A stretch of DNA of 64,000 nucleotides from Macrostomum hystrix (GCA_950097015.1 CATNEN010000011.1:1240001-1304000), one strand, 5' to 3'; numbered from the stretch's first letter, positions 46,301 to 61,300 are shown. Numbers and translations are program-made. Notes: generated by a model not told the origin, from the sequence alone.

Positions 46301-49300
46301 AGGTAGGAGAGATGCCTGTCTTTCAGGTAGGTGAGATGCCTGTCTTTCAGGTAGGAGAGATGCCTGTCTTTCAGGTAGGAGAGATGCCTGTCTTTCAGGT
46401 AGGAGAGAAGCCTGTCTTTCAGGTAGGAGAGAAGCCTGTCTTTCAGGTAGGAGAGATGCCTGTCTTTCAGGTAGGAGAGATGCCTGTCTTTCAGGTAGGA
46501 GAGATGCCTGTCTTTCAGGTAGGTGAGATGCCTGTCTTTCAGGTAGGAGAGATGCCTGTCTTTCAGGTAGGAGAGATGCCTGTCTTTCAGGTAGGAGAGA
46601 AGCCTGTCTTTCAGGTAGGAGAGAAGCCTGTCTTTCAGGTAGGTGAGATGCCTGTCTTTCAGGTAGGAGAGAAGCCTGTCTTTCAGGTAGGAGAGATGCC
46701 TGTCTTTCAGGTAGGTGAGATGCCTGTCTTTCAGGTAGGAGAGATGCCTGTCTTTCAGGTAGGAGAGATGCCTGTCTTTCAGGTAGGAGAGAAGCCTGTC
46801 TTTCAGGTAGGTGAGATGCCTGTCTTTCAGGTAGGAGAGATGCCTGTCTTTCAGGTAGGAGAGATGCCTGTCTTTCAGGTAGGAGAGATGCCTGTCTTTC
46901 AGGTAGGTGAGATGCCTGTCTTTCAGGTAGGAGAGATGCCTGTCTTTCAGGTAGGAGAGATGCCTGTCTTTCAGGTAGGAGAGAAGCCTGTCTTTCAGGT
47001 AGGAGAGAAGCCTGTCTTTCAGGTAGGAGAGATGCCTGTCTTTCAGGTAGGAGAGAAGCCTGTCTTTCAGGTAGGAGAGAAGCCTGTCTTTCAGGTAGGA
47101 GAGATGCCTGTCTTTCAGGTAGGAGAGATGCCTGTCTTTCAGGTAGGAGAGATGCCTGTCTTTCAGATAGGAGAGATGCCTGTCTTTCAGGTAGGAGAGA
47201 TGCCTGTCTTTCAGGTAGGAGAGATGCCTGTCTTTCAGGTAGGAGAGAAGCCTGTCTTTCAGGTAGGAGAGATGCCTGTCTTTCAGGTAGGAGAGATGCC
47301 TGTCTTTCAGATAGGAGAGATGCCTGTCTTTCAGGTAGGTGAGATGCCTGTCTTTCAGGTAGGAGAGATGCCTGTCTTTCAGATAGGAGAGATGCCTGTC
47401 TTTCAGGTAGGTGAGATGCCTGTCTTTCAGGTAGGAGAGATGCCTGTCTTTCAGGTAGGAGAGATGCCTGTCTTTCAGGTAGGAGAGATGCCTGTCTTTC
47501 AGATAGGAGAGATGCCTGTCTTTCAGGTAGGAGAGATGCCTGTCTTTCAGGTAGGAGAGATGCCTGTCTTTCAGGTAGGAGAGATGCCTGTCTTTCAGGT
47601 AGGAGAGATGCCTGTCTTTCAGGTAGGTGAGATGCCTGTCTTTCAGATAGGAGAGATGCCTGTCTTTCAGGTAGGAGAGATGCCTGTCTTTCAGATAGGA
47701 GAGATGCCTGTCTTTCAGGTAGGAGAGATGCCTGTCTTTCAGGTAGGTGAGATGCCTGTCTTTCAGGTAGGAGAGATGCCTGTCTTTCAGGTAGGAGAGA
47801 TGCCTGTCTTTCAGGTAGGAGAGATGCCTGTCTTTCAGATAGGAGAGATGCCTGTCTTTCAGGTAGGAGAGATGCCTGTCTTTCAGGTAGGAGAGATGCC
47901 TGTCTTTCAGGTAGGAGAGATGCCTGTCTTTCAGGTAGGAGAGATGCCTGTCTTTCAGGTAGGAGAGATGCCTGTCTTTCAGATAGGAGAGATGCCTGTC
48001 TTTCAGGTAGGAGAGATGCCTGTCTTTCAGATAGGAGAGATGCCTGTCTTTCAGATAGGAGAGATGCCTGTCTTTCAGGTAGGAGAGATGCCTGTCTTTC
48101 AGATAGGAGAGATGCCTGTCTTTCAGGTAGGAGAGATGCCTGTCTTTCAGATAGGAGAGATGCCTGTCTTTCAGGTAGGAGAGATGCCTGTCTTTCAGGT
48201 AGGAGAGATGCCTGTCTTTCAGGTAGGAGAGATGCCTGTCTTTCAGGTAGGAGAGATGCCTGTCTTTCAGGTAGGAGAGATGCCTGTCTTTCAGGTAGGA
48301 GAGATGCCTGTCTTTCAGGTAGGAGACAAGCCTGTCTTTCAGGTAGGAGAGATGCCTGTCTTTCAGATAGGAGAGATGCCTGTCTTTCAGGTAGGAGAGA
48401 TGCCTGTCTTTCAGATAGGAGAGATGCCTGTCTTTCAGGTAGGAGAGATGCCTGTCTTTCAGGTAGGTGAGATGCCTGTCTTTCAGGTAGGAGAGATGCC
48501 TGTCTTTCAGGTAGGAGAGATGCCTGTCTTTCAGGTAGGAGAGATGCCTGTCTTTCAGATAGGAGAGATGCCTGTCTTTCAGATAGGAGAGATGCCTGTC
48601 TTTCAGGTAGGAGAGATGCCTGTCTTTCAGGTAGGAGAGAAGCCTGTCTTTCAGGTAGGTGAGATGCCTGTCTTTCAGGTAGGAGAGATGCCTGTCTTTC
48701 AGGTAGGTGAGATGCCTGTCTTTCAGGTAGGTGAGATGCCTGTCTTTCAGGTAGGAGAGATGCCTGTCTTTCAGGTAGGAGAGAAGCCTGTCTTTCAGGT
48801 AGGAGAGAAGCCTGTCTTTCAGGTAGGAGAGATGCCTGTCTTTCAGGTAGGAGAGATGCCTGTCTTTCAGGTAGGAGAGATGCCTGTCTTTCAGGTAGGT
48901 GAGATGCCTGTCTTTCAGGTAGGAGAGATGCCTGTCTTTCAGGTAGGAGAGATGCCTGTCTTTCAGGTAGGAGAGAAGCCTGTCTTTCAGGTAGGAGAGA
49001 AGCCTGTCTTTCAGGTAGGTGAGATGCCTGTCTTTCAGGTAGGAGAGAAGCCTGTCTTTCAGGTAGGAGAGATGCCTGTCTTTCAGGTAGGTGAGATGCC
49101 TGTCTTTCAGGTAGGAGAGATGCCTGTCTTTCAGGTAGGAGAGATGCCTGTCTTTCAGGTAGGAGAGAAGCCTGTCTTTCAGGTAGGAGAGAAGCCTGTC
49201 TTTCAGGTAGGTGAGATGCCTGTCTTTCAGGTAGGAGAGATGCCTGTCTTTCAGGTAGGAGAGATGCCTGTCTTTCAGGTAGGAGAGATGCCTGTCTTTC

Positions 49301-52300
49301 AGGTAGGTGAGATGCCTGTCTTTCAGGTAGGAGAGATGCCTGTCTTTCAGGTAGGAGAGATGCCTGTCTTTCAGGTAGGAGAGAAGCCTGTCTTTCAGGT
49401 AGGAGAGAAGCCTGTCTTTCAGGTAGGAGAGATGCCTGTCTTTCAGGTAGGAGAGAAGCCTGTCTTTCAGGTAGGAGAGAAGCCTGTCTTTCAGGTAGGA
49501 GAGATGCCTGTCTTTCAGGTAGGAGAGATGCCTGTCTTTCAGGTAGGAGAGATGCCTGTCTTTCAGATAGGAGAGATGCCTGTCTTTCAGGTAGGAGAGA
49601 TGCCTGTCTTTCAGGTAGGAGAGATGCCTGTCTTTCAGGTAGGAGAGAAGCCTGTCTTTCAGGTAGGAGAGATGCCTGTCTTTCAGGTAGGAGAGATGCC
49701 TGTCTTTCAGGTAGGAGAGATGCCTGTCTTTCAGGTAGGAGAGATGCCTGTCTTTCAGGTAGGAGAGATGCCTGTCTTTCAGGTAGGAGAGATGCCTGTC
49801 TTTCAGATAGGAGAGATGCCTGTCTTTCAGGTAGGAGAGATGCCTGTCTTTCAGGTAGGAGAGATGCCTGTCTTTCAGATAGGAGAGATGCCTGTCTTTC
49901 AGGTAGGTGAGATGCCTGTCTTTCAGGTAGGAGAGATGCCTGTCTTTCAGATAGGAGAGATGCCTGTCTTTCAGGTAGGTGAGATGCCTGTCTTTCAGGT
50001 AGGAGAGATGCCTGTCTTTCAGGTAGGAGAGATGCCTGTCTTTCAGGTAGGAGAGATGCCTGTCTTTCAGATAGGAGAGATGCCTGTCTTTCAGGTAGGA
50101 GAGAAGCCTGTCTTTCAGGTAGGTGAGATGCCTGTCTTTCAGGTAGGAGAGATGCCTGTCTTTCAGGTAGGAGAGATGCCTGTCTTTCAGGTAGGTGAGA
50201 TGCCTGTCTTTCAGATAGGAGAGATGCCTGTCTTTCAGGTAGGAGAGATGCCTGTCTTTCAGATAGGAGAGATGCCTGTCTTTCAGGTAGGAGAGATGCC
50301 TGTCTTTCAGGTAGGTGAGATGCCTGTCTTTCAGGTAGGAGAGATGCCTGTCTTTCAGGTAGGAGAGATGCCTGTCTTTCAGGTAGGAGAGATGCCTGTC
50401 TTTCAGATAGGAGAGATGCCTGTCTTTCAGGTAGGAGAGATGCCTGTCTTTCAGGTAGGAGAGATGCCTGTCTTTCAGGTAGGAGAGATGCCTGTCTTTC
50501 AGGTAGGAGAGATGCCTGTCTTTCAGGTAGGAGAGATGCCTGTCTTTCAGATAGGAGAGATGCCTGTCTTTCAGGTAGGAGAGATGCCTGTCTTTCAGAT
50601 AGGAGAGATGCCTGTCTTTCAGATAGGAGAGATGCCTGTCTTTCAGGTAGGAGAGATGCCTGTCTTTCAGATAGGAGAGATGCCTGTCTTTCAGGTAGGA
50701 GAGATGCCTGTCTTTCAGATAGGAGAGATGCCTGTCTTTCAGGTAGGAGAGATGCCTGTCTTTCAGGTAGGAGAGATGCCTGTCTTTCAGGTAGGAGAGA
50801 TGCCTGTCTTTCAGATAGGAGAGATGCCTGTCTTTCAGGTAGGAGAGATGCCTGTCTTTCAGGTAGGAGAGATGCCTGTCTTTCAGGTAGGAGACAAGCC
50901 TGTCTTTCAGGTAGGAGAGATGCCTGTCTTTCAGATAGGAGAGATGCCTGTCTTTCAGGTAGGAGAGATGCCTGTCTTTCAGATAGGAGAGATGCCTGTC
51001 TTTCAGGTAGGAGAGATGCCTGTCTTTCAGGTAGGTGAGATGCCTGTCTTTCAGGTAGGAGAGATGCCTGTCTTTCAGGTAGGAGAGATGCCTGTCTTTC
51101 AGGTAGGAGAGATGCCTGTCTTTCAGATAGGAGAGATGCCTGTCTTTCAGATAGGAGAGATGCCTGTCTTTCAGGTAGGTGAGATGCCTGTCTTTCAGGT
51201 AGGAGAGATGCCTGTCTTTCAGATAGGAGAGATGCCTGTCTTTCAGATAGGAGAGATGCCTGTCTTTCAGGTAGGAGAGATGCCTGTCTTTCAGGTAGGA
51301 GAGATGCCTGTCTTTCAGATAGGAGAGATGCCTGTCTTTCAGGTAGGAGAGATGCCTGTCTTTCAGATAGGAGAGATGCCTGTCTTTCAGGTAGGAGAGA
51401 TGCCTGTCTTTCAGGTAGGTGAGATGCCTGTCTTTCAGGTAGGAGAGATGCCTGTCTTTCAGGTAGGAGAGATGCCTGTCTTTCAGGTAGGAGAGATGCC
51501 TGTCTTTCAGATAGGAGAGATGCCTGTCTTTCAGATAGGAGAGATGCCTGTCTTTCAGGTAGGAGAGATGCCTGTCTTTCAGGTAGGAGAGAAGCCTGTC
51601 TTTCAGGTAGGTGAGATGCCTGTCTTTCAGGTAGGAGAGATGCCTGTCTTTCAGGTAGGTGAGATGCCTGTCTTTCAGGTAGGTGAGATGCCTGTCTTTC
51701 AGGTAGGAGAGATGCCTGTCTTTCAGGTAGGAGAGAAGCCTGTCTTTCAGGTAGGAGAGAAGCCTGTCTTTCAGGTAGGAGAGATGCCTGTCTTTCAGGT
51801 AGGAGAGATGCCTGTCTTTCAGGTAGGAGAGATGCCTGTCTTTCAGGTAGGTGAGATGCCTGTCTTTCAGGTAGGAGAGATGCCTGTCTTTCAGGTAGGA
51901 GAGATGCCTGTCTTTCAGGTAGGAGAGAAGCCTGTCTTTCAGGTAGGAGAGAAGCCTGTCTTTCAGGTAGGTGAGATGCCTGTCTTTCAGGTAGGAGAGA
52001 AGCCTGTCTTTCAGGTAGGAGAGATGCCTGTCTTTCAGGTAGGTGAGATGCCTGTCTTTCAGGTAGGAGAGATGCCTGTCTTTCAGGTAGGAGAGATGCC
52101 TGTCTTTCAGGTAGGAGAGAAGCCTGTCTTTCAGGTAGGAGAGAAGCCTGTCTTTCAGGTAGGTGAGATGCCTGTCTTTCAGGTAGGAGAGATGCCTGTC
52201 TTTCAGGTAGGAGAGATGCCTGTCTTTCAGGTAGGAGAGATGCCTGTCTTTCAGGTAGGTGAGATGCCTGTCTTTCAGGTAGGAGAGATGCCTGTCTTTC

Positions 52301-55300
52301 AGGTAGGAGAGATGCCTGTCTTTCAGGTAGGAGAGAAGCCTGTCTTTCAGGTAGGAGAGAAGCCTGTCTTTCAGGTAGGAGAGATGCCTGTCTTTCAGGT
52401 AGGAGAGAAGCCTGTCTTTCAGGTAGGAGAGAAGCCTGTCTTTCAGGTAGGAGAGATGCCTGTCTTTCAGGTAGGAGAGATGCCTGTCTTTCAGGTAGGA
52501 GAGATGCCTGTCTTTCAGATAGGAGAGATGCCTGTCTTTCAGGTAGGAGAGATGCCTGTCTTTCAGGTAGGAGAGATGCCTGTCTTTCAGGTAGGAGAGA
52601 AGCCTGTCTTTCAGGTAGGAGAGATGCCTGTCTTTCAGGTAGGAGAGATGCCTGTCTTTCAGGTAGGAGAGATGCCTGTCTTTCAGGTAGGAGAGATGCC
52701 TGTCTTTCAGGTAGGAGAGATGCCTGTCTTTCAGGTAGGAGAGATGCCTGTCTTTCAGATAGGAGAGATGCCTGTCTTTCAGGTAGGAGAGATGCCTGTC
52801 TTTCAGGTAGGAGAGATGCCTGTCTTTCAGATAGGAGAGATGCCTGTCTTTCAGGTAGGTGAGATGCCTGTCTTTCAGGTAGGAGAGATGCCTGTCTTTC
52901 AGATAGGAGAGATGCCTGTCTTTCAGGTAGGTGAGATGCCTGTCTTTCAGGTAGGAGAGATGCCTGTCTTTCAGGTAGGAGAGATGCCTGTCTTTCAGGT
53001 AGGAGAGATGCCTGTCTTTCAGATAGGAGAGATGCCTGTCTTTCAGGTAGGAGAGAAGCCTGTCTTTCAGGTAGGTGAGATGCCTGTCTTTCAGGTAGGA
53101 GAGATGCCTGTCTTTCAGGTAGGAGAGATGCCTGTCTTTCAGGTAGGTGAGATGCCTGTCTTTCAGATAGGAGAGATGCCTGTCTTTCAGGTAGGAGAGA
53201 TGCCTGTCTTTCAGATAGGAGAGATGCCTGTCTTTCAGGTAGGAGAGATGCCTGTCTTTCAGGTAGGTGAGATGCCTGTCTTTCAGGTAGGAGAGATGCC
53301 TGTCTTTCAGGTAGGAGAGATGCCTGTCTTTCAGGTAGGAGAGATGCCTGTCTTTCAGATAGGAGAGATGCCTGTCTTTCAGGTAGGAGAGATGCCTGTC
53401 TTTCAGGTAGGAGAGATGCCTGTCTTTCAGGTAGGAGAGATGCCTGTCTTTCAGGTAGGAGAGATGCCTGTCTTTCAGGTAGGAGAGATGCCTGTCTTTC
53501 AGATAGGAGAGATGCCTGTCTTTCAGGTAGGAGAGATGCCTGTCTTTCAGATAGGAGAGATGCCTGTCTTTCAGATAGGAGAGATGCCTGTCTTTCAGGT
53601 AGGAGAGATGCCTGTCTTTCAGATAGGAGAGATGCCTGTCTTTCAGGTAGGAGAGATGCCTGTCTTTCAGATAGGAGAGATGCCTGTCTTTCAGGTAGGA
53701 GAGATGCCTGTCTTTCAGGTAGGAGAGATGCCTGTCTTTCAGGTAGGAGAGATGCCTGTCTTTCAGATAGGAGAGATGCCTGTCTTTCAGGTAGGAGAGA
53801 TGCCTGTCTTTCAGGTAGGAGAGATGCCTGTCTTTCAGGTAGGAGACAAGCCTGTCTTTCAGGTAGGAGAGATGCCTGTCTTTCAGATAGGAGAGATGCC
53901 TGTCTTTCAGGTAGGAGAGATGCCTGTCTTTCAGATAGGAGAGATGCCTGTCTTTCAGGTAGGAGAGATGCCTGTCTTTCAGGTAGGTGAGATGCCTGTC
54001 TTTCAGGTAGGAGAGATGCCTGTCTTTCAGGTAGGAGAGATGCCTGTCTTTCAGGTAGGAGAGATGCCTGTCTTTCAGATAGGAGAGATGCCTGTCTTTC
54101 AGATAGGAGAGATGCCTGTCTTTCAGGTAGGTGAGATGCCTGTCTTTCAGGTAGGAGAGATGCCTGTCTTTCAGATAGGAGAGATGCCTGTCTTTCAGAT
54201 AGGAGAGATGCCTGTCTTTCAGGTAGGAGAGATGCCTGTCTTTCAGGTAGGAGAGATGCCTGTCTTTCAGATAGGAGAGATGCCTGTCTTTCAGGTAGGA
54301 GAGATGCCTGTCTTTCAGGTAGGAGAGATGCCTGTCTTTCAGGTAGGAGAGATGCCTGTCTTTCAGATAGGAGAGATGCCTGTCTTTCAGGTAGGAGAGA
54401 TGCCTGTCTTTCAGATAGGAGAGATGCCTGTCTTTCAGGTAGGAGAGATGCCTGTCTTTCAGGTAGGTGAGATGCCTGTCTTTCAGGTAGGAGACAAGCC
54501 TGTCTTTCAGGTAGGAGAGATGCCTGTCTTTCAGGTAGGAGACAAGCCTGTCTTTCAGGTAGGAGACAAGCCTGTCCTTCAGGCAGGCGAGAAGATTGTC
54601 CTTCAGGTAGGAGAGAAGATTGTCCTTCAGGCAGGATAGAAGATTGTCCTTCAGGTAGGCGAGAAGATTGTCCTTCAGGTAGGCGAGAAGATTGTCCTTC
54701 AGGCAGGAGAGAAGATTGTCCTTCAGGTAGGAGAGAAGATTGTCCTTCAGGCAGGAGAGAAGATTGTCCTTCAGGCAGGAGAGAAGATTGTCCTTCAGGT
54801 AGGAGAGAAGATTGTCCTTCAGGTAGGAGAGAAGATTGTCCTTCAGGTAGGAGAGAAGATTGTCCTTCAGGTAGGAGAGAAGATTGTCCTTCAGGTAGGA
54901 GAGAAGATTGTCCTTCAGGTAGGCGAGAAGATTGTCCTTCAGGTAGGCGAGAAGATTGTCCTTCAGGCAGGATAGAAGATTGTCCTTCAGGTAGGCGAGA
55001 AGATTGTCCTTCAGGCAGGAGAGAAGATTGTCCTTCAGGCAGGCGAGAAGATTGTCCTTCAGGTAGGAGAGAAGATTGTCCTTCAGGCAGGCGAGAAGAT
55101 TGTCCTTCAGGCAGGCGAGAAGATTGTCCTTCAGGTAGGAGAGAAGATTGTCCTTCAGGCAGGCGAGAAGATTGTCCTTCAGGCAGGCGAGAAGATTGTC
55201 CTTCAGGTAGGAGAGAAGATTGTCCTTCAGGTAGGAGAGAAGATTGTCCTTCAGGTAGGCGAGAAGATTGTCCTTCAGGTAGGAGAGAAGATTGTCCTTC

Positions 55301-58300
55301 AGGCAGGCGAGAAGATTGTCCTTCAGGCAGGCGAGAAGATTGTCCTTCAGGTAGGAGAGAAGATTGTCCTTCAGGTAGGCGAGAAGATTGTCCTTCAGGT
55401 AGGCGAGAAGATTGTCCTTCAGGCAGGAGAGAAGATTGTCCTTCAGGCAGGCGAGAAGATTGTCCTTCAGGTAGGAGAGAAGATTGTCCTTCAGGTAGGA
55501 GAGAAGATTGTCCTTCAGGTAGGCGAGAAGATTGTCCTTCAGGTAGGAGAGAAGATTGTCCTTCAGGTAGAATAGAAGATTGTCCTTCAGGCAGGAGAGA
55601 AGATTGTCCTTCAAGTAGGAGAGAAGATTGTCCTTCAGGTAGGAGAGAAGATTTTCCTTCAGGTAGGAGAGAAGATTGTCCTTCAGGTAGGAGAGAAGAT
55701 TGTCCTTCAGGCAGGCGAGAAGATTGTCCTTCAGGTAGGATAGAAGATTGTCCTTCAGGTAGGATAGAAGGTTGTCCTTCAGGCAGGATAGAAGATTGTC
55801 CTTCAGGCAGGATAGAAGATTGTCCTTCAGGCAGGCGAGAAGATTGTCCTTCAGGTAGGATAGAAGATTGTCCTTCAGGTAGGCGAGAAGATTGTCCTTC
55901 AGGTAGGCGAGAAGATTGTCCTTCAGGCAGGAGAGAAGATTGTCCTTCAGGCAGGCGAGAAGATTGTCCTTCAGGTAGGAGAGAAGATTGTCCTTCAGGT
56001 AGGAGAGAAGATTGTCCTTCAGGTAGGCGAGAAGATTGTCCTTCAGGTAGGAGAGAAGATTGTCCTTCAGGTAGAATAGAAGATTGTCCTTCAGGCAGGA
56101 GAGAAGATTGTCCTTCAAGTAGGAGAGAAGATTGTCCTTCAGGTAGGAGAGAAGATTTTCCTTCAGGTAGGAGAGAAGATTGTCCTTCAGGTAGGAGAGA
56201 AGATTGTCCTTCAGGCAGGCGAGAAGATTGTCCTTCAGGTAGGATAGAAGATTGTCCTTCAGGTAGGATAGAAGGTTGTCCTTCAGGCAGGATAGAAGAT
56301 TGTCCTTCAGGCAGGATAGAAGATTGTCCTTCAGGTAGGCGAGAAGATTGTCCTTCAGGCAGGCGAGAAGATTGTCCTTCAGGCAGGCGAGAAGATTGTC
56401 CTTCAGGTAGGAGAGATGCCTGTCTTTCAGATTGGAGAGATGCCTGTCTTTCAGGTAGGAGAGATGCCTGTCTTTCAGATAGGAGAGATGCCTGTCTTTT
56501 AGATAGGAGAGATGCCTGTCTTTCAGATAGGAGAGATGCCTGTCTTTCAGGTAGGAGAGATGCCTGTCTTTCAGGTAGGAGAGATGCCTGTCTTTCAGGT
56601 AGGAGAGATGCCTGTCTTTCAGGTAGGAGACAAGCCTGTCTTTCAGGTAGGAGAGATGCCTGTCTTTCAGGTAGGAGAGATGCCTGTCTTTCAGGTAGGA
56701 GAGATGCCTGTCTTTCAGGTAGGTGAGATGCCTGTCTTTCAGGTAGGAGAGATGCCTGTCTTTCAGGTAGGAGAGATGCCTGTCTTTCAGGTAGGAGACA
56801 AGCCTGTCTTTCAGGTAGGAGAGATGCCTGTCTTTCAGGTAGGAGAGATGCCTGTCTTTCAGGTAGGAGAGAAGCCTGTCTTTCAGGTAGGTGAGATGCC
56901 TGTCTTTCAGGTAGGAGAGATGCCTGTCTTTCAGATAGGAGAGATGCCTGTCTTTCAGGTAGGAGACAAGCCTGTCTTTCAGGTAGGAGACAAGCCTGTC
57001 CTTCAGGCAGGCGAGAAGATTGTCCTTCAGGTAGGAGAGAAGATTGTCCTTCAGGCAGGATAGAAGATTGTCCTTCAGGTAGGCGAGAAGATTGTCCTTC
57101 AGGTAGGAGAGAAGATTGTCCTTCAGGTAGGAGAGAAGATTGTCCTTCAGGTAGGAGAGATGCCTGTCTTTCAGATAGGAGAGATGCCTGTCTTTCAGAT
57201 AGGAGAGATGCCTGTCTTTCAGGTAGGAGAGATGCCTGTCTTTCAGGTAGGAGAGAAGCCTGTCTTTCAGGTAGGTGAGATGCCTGTCTTTCAGGTAGGA
57301 GAGATGCCTGTCTTTCAGGTAGGTGAGATGCCTGTCTTTCAGGTAGGTGAGATGCCTGTCTTTCAGGTAGGAGAGATGCCTGTCTTTCAGGTAGGAGAGA
57401 AGCCTGTCTTTCAGGTAGGAGAGAAGCCTGTCTTTCAGGTAGGAGAGATGCCTGTCTTTCAGGTAGGAGAGATGCCTGTCTTTCAGGTAGGAGAGATGCC
57501 TGTCTTTCAGGTAGGTGAGATGCCTGTCTTTCAGGTAGGAGAGATGCCTGTCTTTCAGGTAGGAGAGATGCCTGTCTTTCAGGTAGGAGAGAAGCCTGTC
57601 TTTCAGGTAGGAGAGAAGCCTGTCTTTCAGGTAGGTGAGATGCCTGTCTTTCAGGTAGGAGAGAAGCCTGTCTTTCAGGTAGGAGAGATGCCTGTCTTTC
57701 AGGTAGGTGAGATGCCTGTCTTTCAGGTAGGAGAGATGCCTGTCTTTCAGGTAGGAGAGATGCCTGTCTTTCAGGTAGGAGAGAAGCCTGTCTTTCAGGT
57801 AGGAGAGAAGCCTGTCTTTCAGGTAGGTGAGATGCCTGTCTTTCAGGTAGGAGAGATGCCTGTCTTTCAGGTAGGAGAGATGCCTGTCTTTCAGGTAGGA
57901 GAGATGCCTGTCTTTCAGGTAGGTGAGATGCCTGTCTTTCAGGTAGGAGAGATGCCTGTCTTTCAGGTAGGAGAGATGCCTGTCTTTCAGGTAGGAGAGA
58001 AGCCTGTCTTTCAGGTAGGAGAGAAGCCTGTCTTTCAGGTAGGAGAGATGCCTGTCTTTCAGGTAGGAGAGAAGCCTGTCTTTCAGGTAGGAGAGAAGCC
58101 TGTCTTTCAGGTAGGAGAGATGCCTGTCTTTCAGGTAGGAGAGATGCCTGTCTTTCAGGTAGGAGAGATGCCTGTCTTTCAGATAGGAGAGATGCCTGTC
58201 TTTCAGGTAGGAGAGATGCCTGTCTTTCAGGTAGGAGAGATGCCTGTCTTTCAGGTAGGAGAGAAGCCTGTCTTTCAGGTAGGAGAGATGCCTGTCTTTC

Positions 58301-61300
58301 AGGTAGGAGAGATGCCTGTCTTTCAGGTAGGAGAGATGCCTGTCTTTCAGGTAGGAGAGATGCCTGTCTTTCAGGTAGGAGAGATGCCTGTCTTTCAGGT
58401 AGGAGAGATGCCTGTCTTTCAGATAGGAGAGATGCCTGTCTTTCAGGTAGGAGAGATGCCTGTCTTTCAGGTAGGAGAGATGCCTGTCTTTCAGATAGGA
58501 GAGATGCCTGTCTTTCAGGTAGGTGAGATGCCTGTCTTTCAGGTAGGAGAGATGCCTGTCTTTCAGATAGGAGAGATGCCTGTCTTTCAGGTAGGTGAGA
58601 TGCCTGTCTTTCAGGTAGGAGAGATGCCTGTCTTTCAGGTAGGAGAGATGCCTGTCTTTCAGGTAGGAGAGATGCCTGTCTTTCAGATAGGAGAGATGCC
58701 TGTCTTTCAGGTAGGAGAGAAGCCTGTCTTTCAGGTAGGTGAGATGCCTGTCTTTCAGGTAGGAGAGATGCCTGTCTTTCAGGTAGGAGAGATGCCTGTC
58801 TTTCAGGTAGGTGAGATGCCTGTCTTTCAGATAGGAGAGATGCCTGTCTTTCAGGTAGGAGAGATGCCTGTCTTTCAGATAGGAGAGATGCCTGTCTTTC
58901 AGGTAGGAGAGATGCCTGTCTTTCAGGTAGGTGAGATGCCTGTCTTTCAGGTAGGAGAGATGCCTGTCTTTCAGGTAGGAGAGATGCCTGTCTTTCAGGT
59001 AGGAGAGATGCCTGTCTTTCAGATAGGAGAGATGCCTGTCTTTCAGGTAGGAGAGATGCCTGTCTTTCAGGTAGGAGAGATGCCTGTCTTTCAGGTAGGA
59101 GAGATGCCTGTCTTTCAGGTAGGAGAGATGCCTGTCTTTCAGGTAGGAGAGATGCCTGTCTTTCAGATAGGAGAGATGCCTGTCTTTCAGGTAGGAGAGA
59201 TGCCTGTCTTTCAGATAGGAGAGATGCCTGTCTTTCAGATAGGAGAGATGCCTGTCTTTCAGGTAGGAGAGATGCCTGTCTTTCAGATAGGAGAGATGCC
59301 TGTCTTTCAGGTAGGAGAGATGCCTGTCTTTCAGATAGGAGAGATGCCTGTCTTTCAGGTAGGAGAGATGCCTGTCTTTCAGGTAGGAGAGATGCCTGTC
59401 TTTCAGGTAGGAGAGATGCCTGTCTTTCAGATAGGAGAGATGCCTGTCTTTCAGGTAGGAGAGATGCCTGTCTTTCAGGTAGGAGAGATGCCTGTCTTTC
59501 AGGTAGGAGACAAGCCTGTCTTTCAGGTAGGAGAGATGCCTGTCTTTCAGATAGGAGAGATGCCTGTCTTTCAGGTAGGAGAGATGCCTGTCTTTCAGAT
59601 AGGAGAGATGCCTGTCTTTCAGGTAGGAGAGATGCCTGTCTTTCAGGTAGGTGAGATGCCTGTCTTTCAGGTAGGAGAGATGCCTGTCTTTCAGGTAGGA
59701 GAGATGCCTGTCTTTCAGGTAGGAGAGATGCCTGTCTTTCAGATAGGAGAGATGCCTGTCTTTCAGATAGGAGAGATGCCTGTCTTTCAGGTAGGTGAGA
59801 TGCCTGTCTTTCAGGTAGGAGAGATGCCTGTCTTTCAGATAGGAGAGATGCCTGTCTTTCAGATAGGAGAGATGCCTGTCTTTCAGGTAGGAGAGATGCC
59901 TGTCTTTCAGGTAGGAGAGATGCCTGTCTTTCAGATAGGAGAGATGCCTGTCTTTCAGGTAGGAGAGATGCCTGTCTTTCAGGTAGGAGAGATGCCTGTC
60001 TTTCAGGTAGGAGAGATGCCTGTCTTTCAGATAGGAGAGATGCCTGTCTTTCAGGTAGGAGAGATGCCTGTCTTTCAGATAGGAGAGATGCCTGTCTTTC
60101 AGGTAGGAGAGATGCCTGTCTTTCAGGTAGGTGAGATGCCTGTCTTTCAGGTAGGAGACAAGCCTGTCTTTCAGGTAGGAGAGATGCCTGTCTTTCAGGT
60201 AGGAGACAAGCCTGTCTTTCAGGTAGGAGACAAGCCTGTCCTTCAGGCAGGCGAGAAGATTGTCCTTCAGGTAGGAGAGAAGATTGTCCTTCAGGCAGGA
60301 TAGAAGATTGTCCTTCAGGTAGGCGAGAAGATTGTCCTTCAGGTAGGCGAGAAGATTGTCCTTCAGGCAGGAGAGAAGATTGTCCTTCAGGTAGGAGAGA
60401 AGATTGTCCTTCAGGCAGGAGAGAAGATTGTCCTTCAGGCAGGAGAGAAGATTGTCCTTCAGGTAGGAGAGAAGATTGTCCTTCAGGTAGGAGAGAAGAT
60501 TGTCCTTCAGGTAGGAGAGAAGATTGTCCTTCAGGTAGGAGAGAAGATTGTCCTTCAGGTAGGAGAGAAGATTGTCCTTCAGGTAGGCGAGAAGATTGTC
60601 CTTCAGGTAGGCGAGAAGATTGTCCTTCAGGCAGGATAGAAGATTGTCCTTCAGGTAGGCGAGAAGATTGTCCTTCAGGCAGGAGAGAAGATTGTCCTTC
60701 AGGCAGGCGAGAAGATTGTCCTTCAGGTAGGAGAGAAGATTGTCCTTCAGGCAGGCGAGAAGATTGTCCTTCAGGCAGGCGAGAAGATTGTCCTTCAGGT
60801 AGGAGAGAAGATTGTCCTTCAGGCAGGCGAGAAGATTGTCCTTCAGGCAGGCGAGAAGATTGTCCTTCAGGTAGGAGAGAAGATTGTCCTTCAGGTAGGA
60901 GAGAAGATTGTCCTTCAGGTAGGCGAGAAGATTGTCCTTCAGGTAGGAGAGAAGATTGTCCTTCAGGCAGGCGAGAAGATTGTCCTTCAGGCAGGCGAGA
61001 AGATTGTCCTTCAGGTAGGAGAGAAGATTGTCCTTCAGGTAGGCGAGAAGATTGTCCTTCAGGTAGGCGAGAAGATTGTCCTTCAGGCAGGAGAGAAGAT
61101 TGTCCTTCAGGCAGGCGAGAAGATTGTCCTTCAGGTAGGAGAGAAGATTGTCCTTCAGGTAGGAGAGAAGATTGTCCTTCAGGTAGGCGAGAAGATTGTC
61201 CTTCAGGTAGGAGAGAAGATTGTCCTTCAGGTAGAATAGAAGATTGTCCTTCAGGCAGGAGAGAAGATTGTCCTTCAAGTAGGAGAGAAGATTGTCCTTC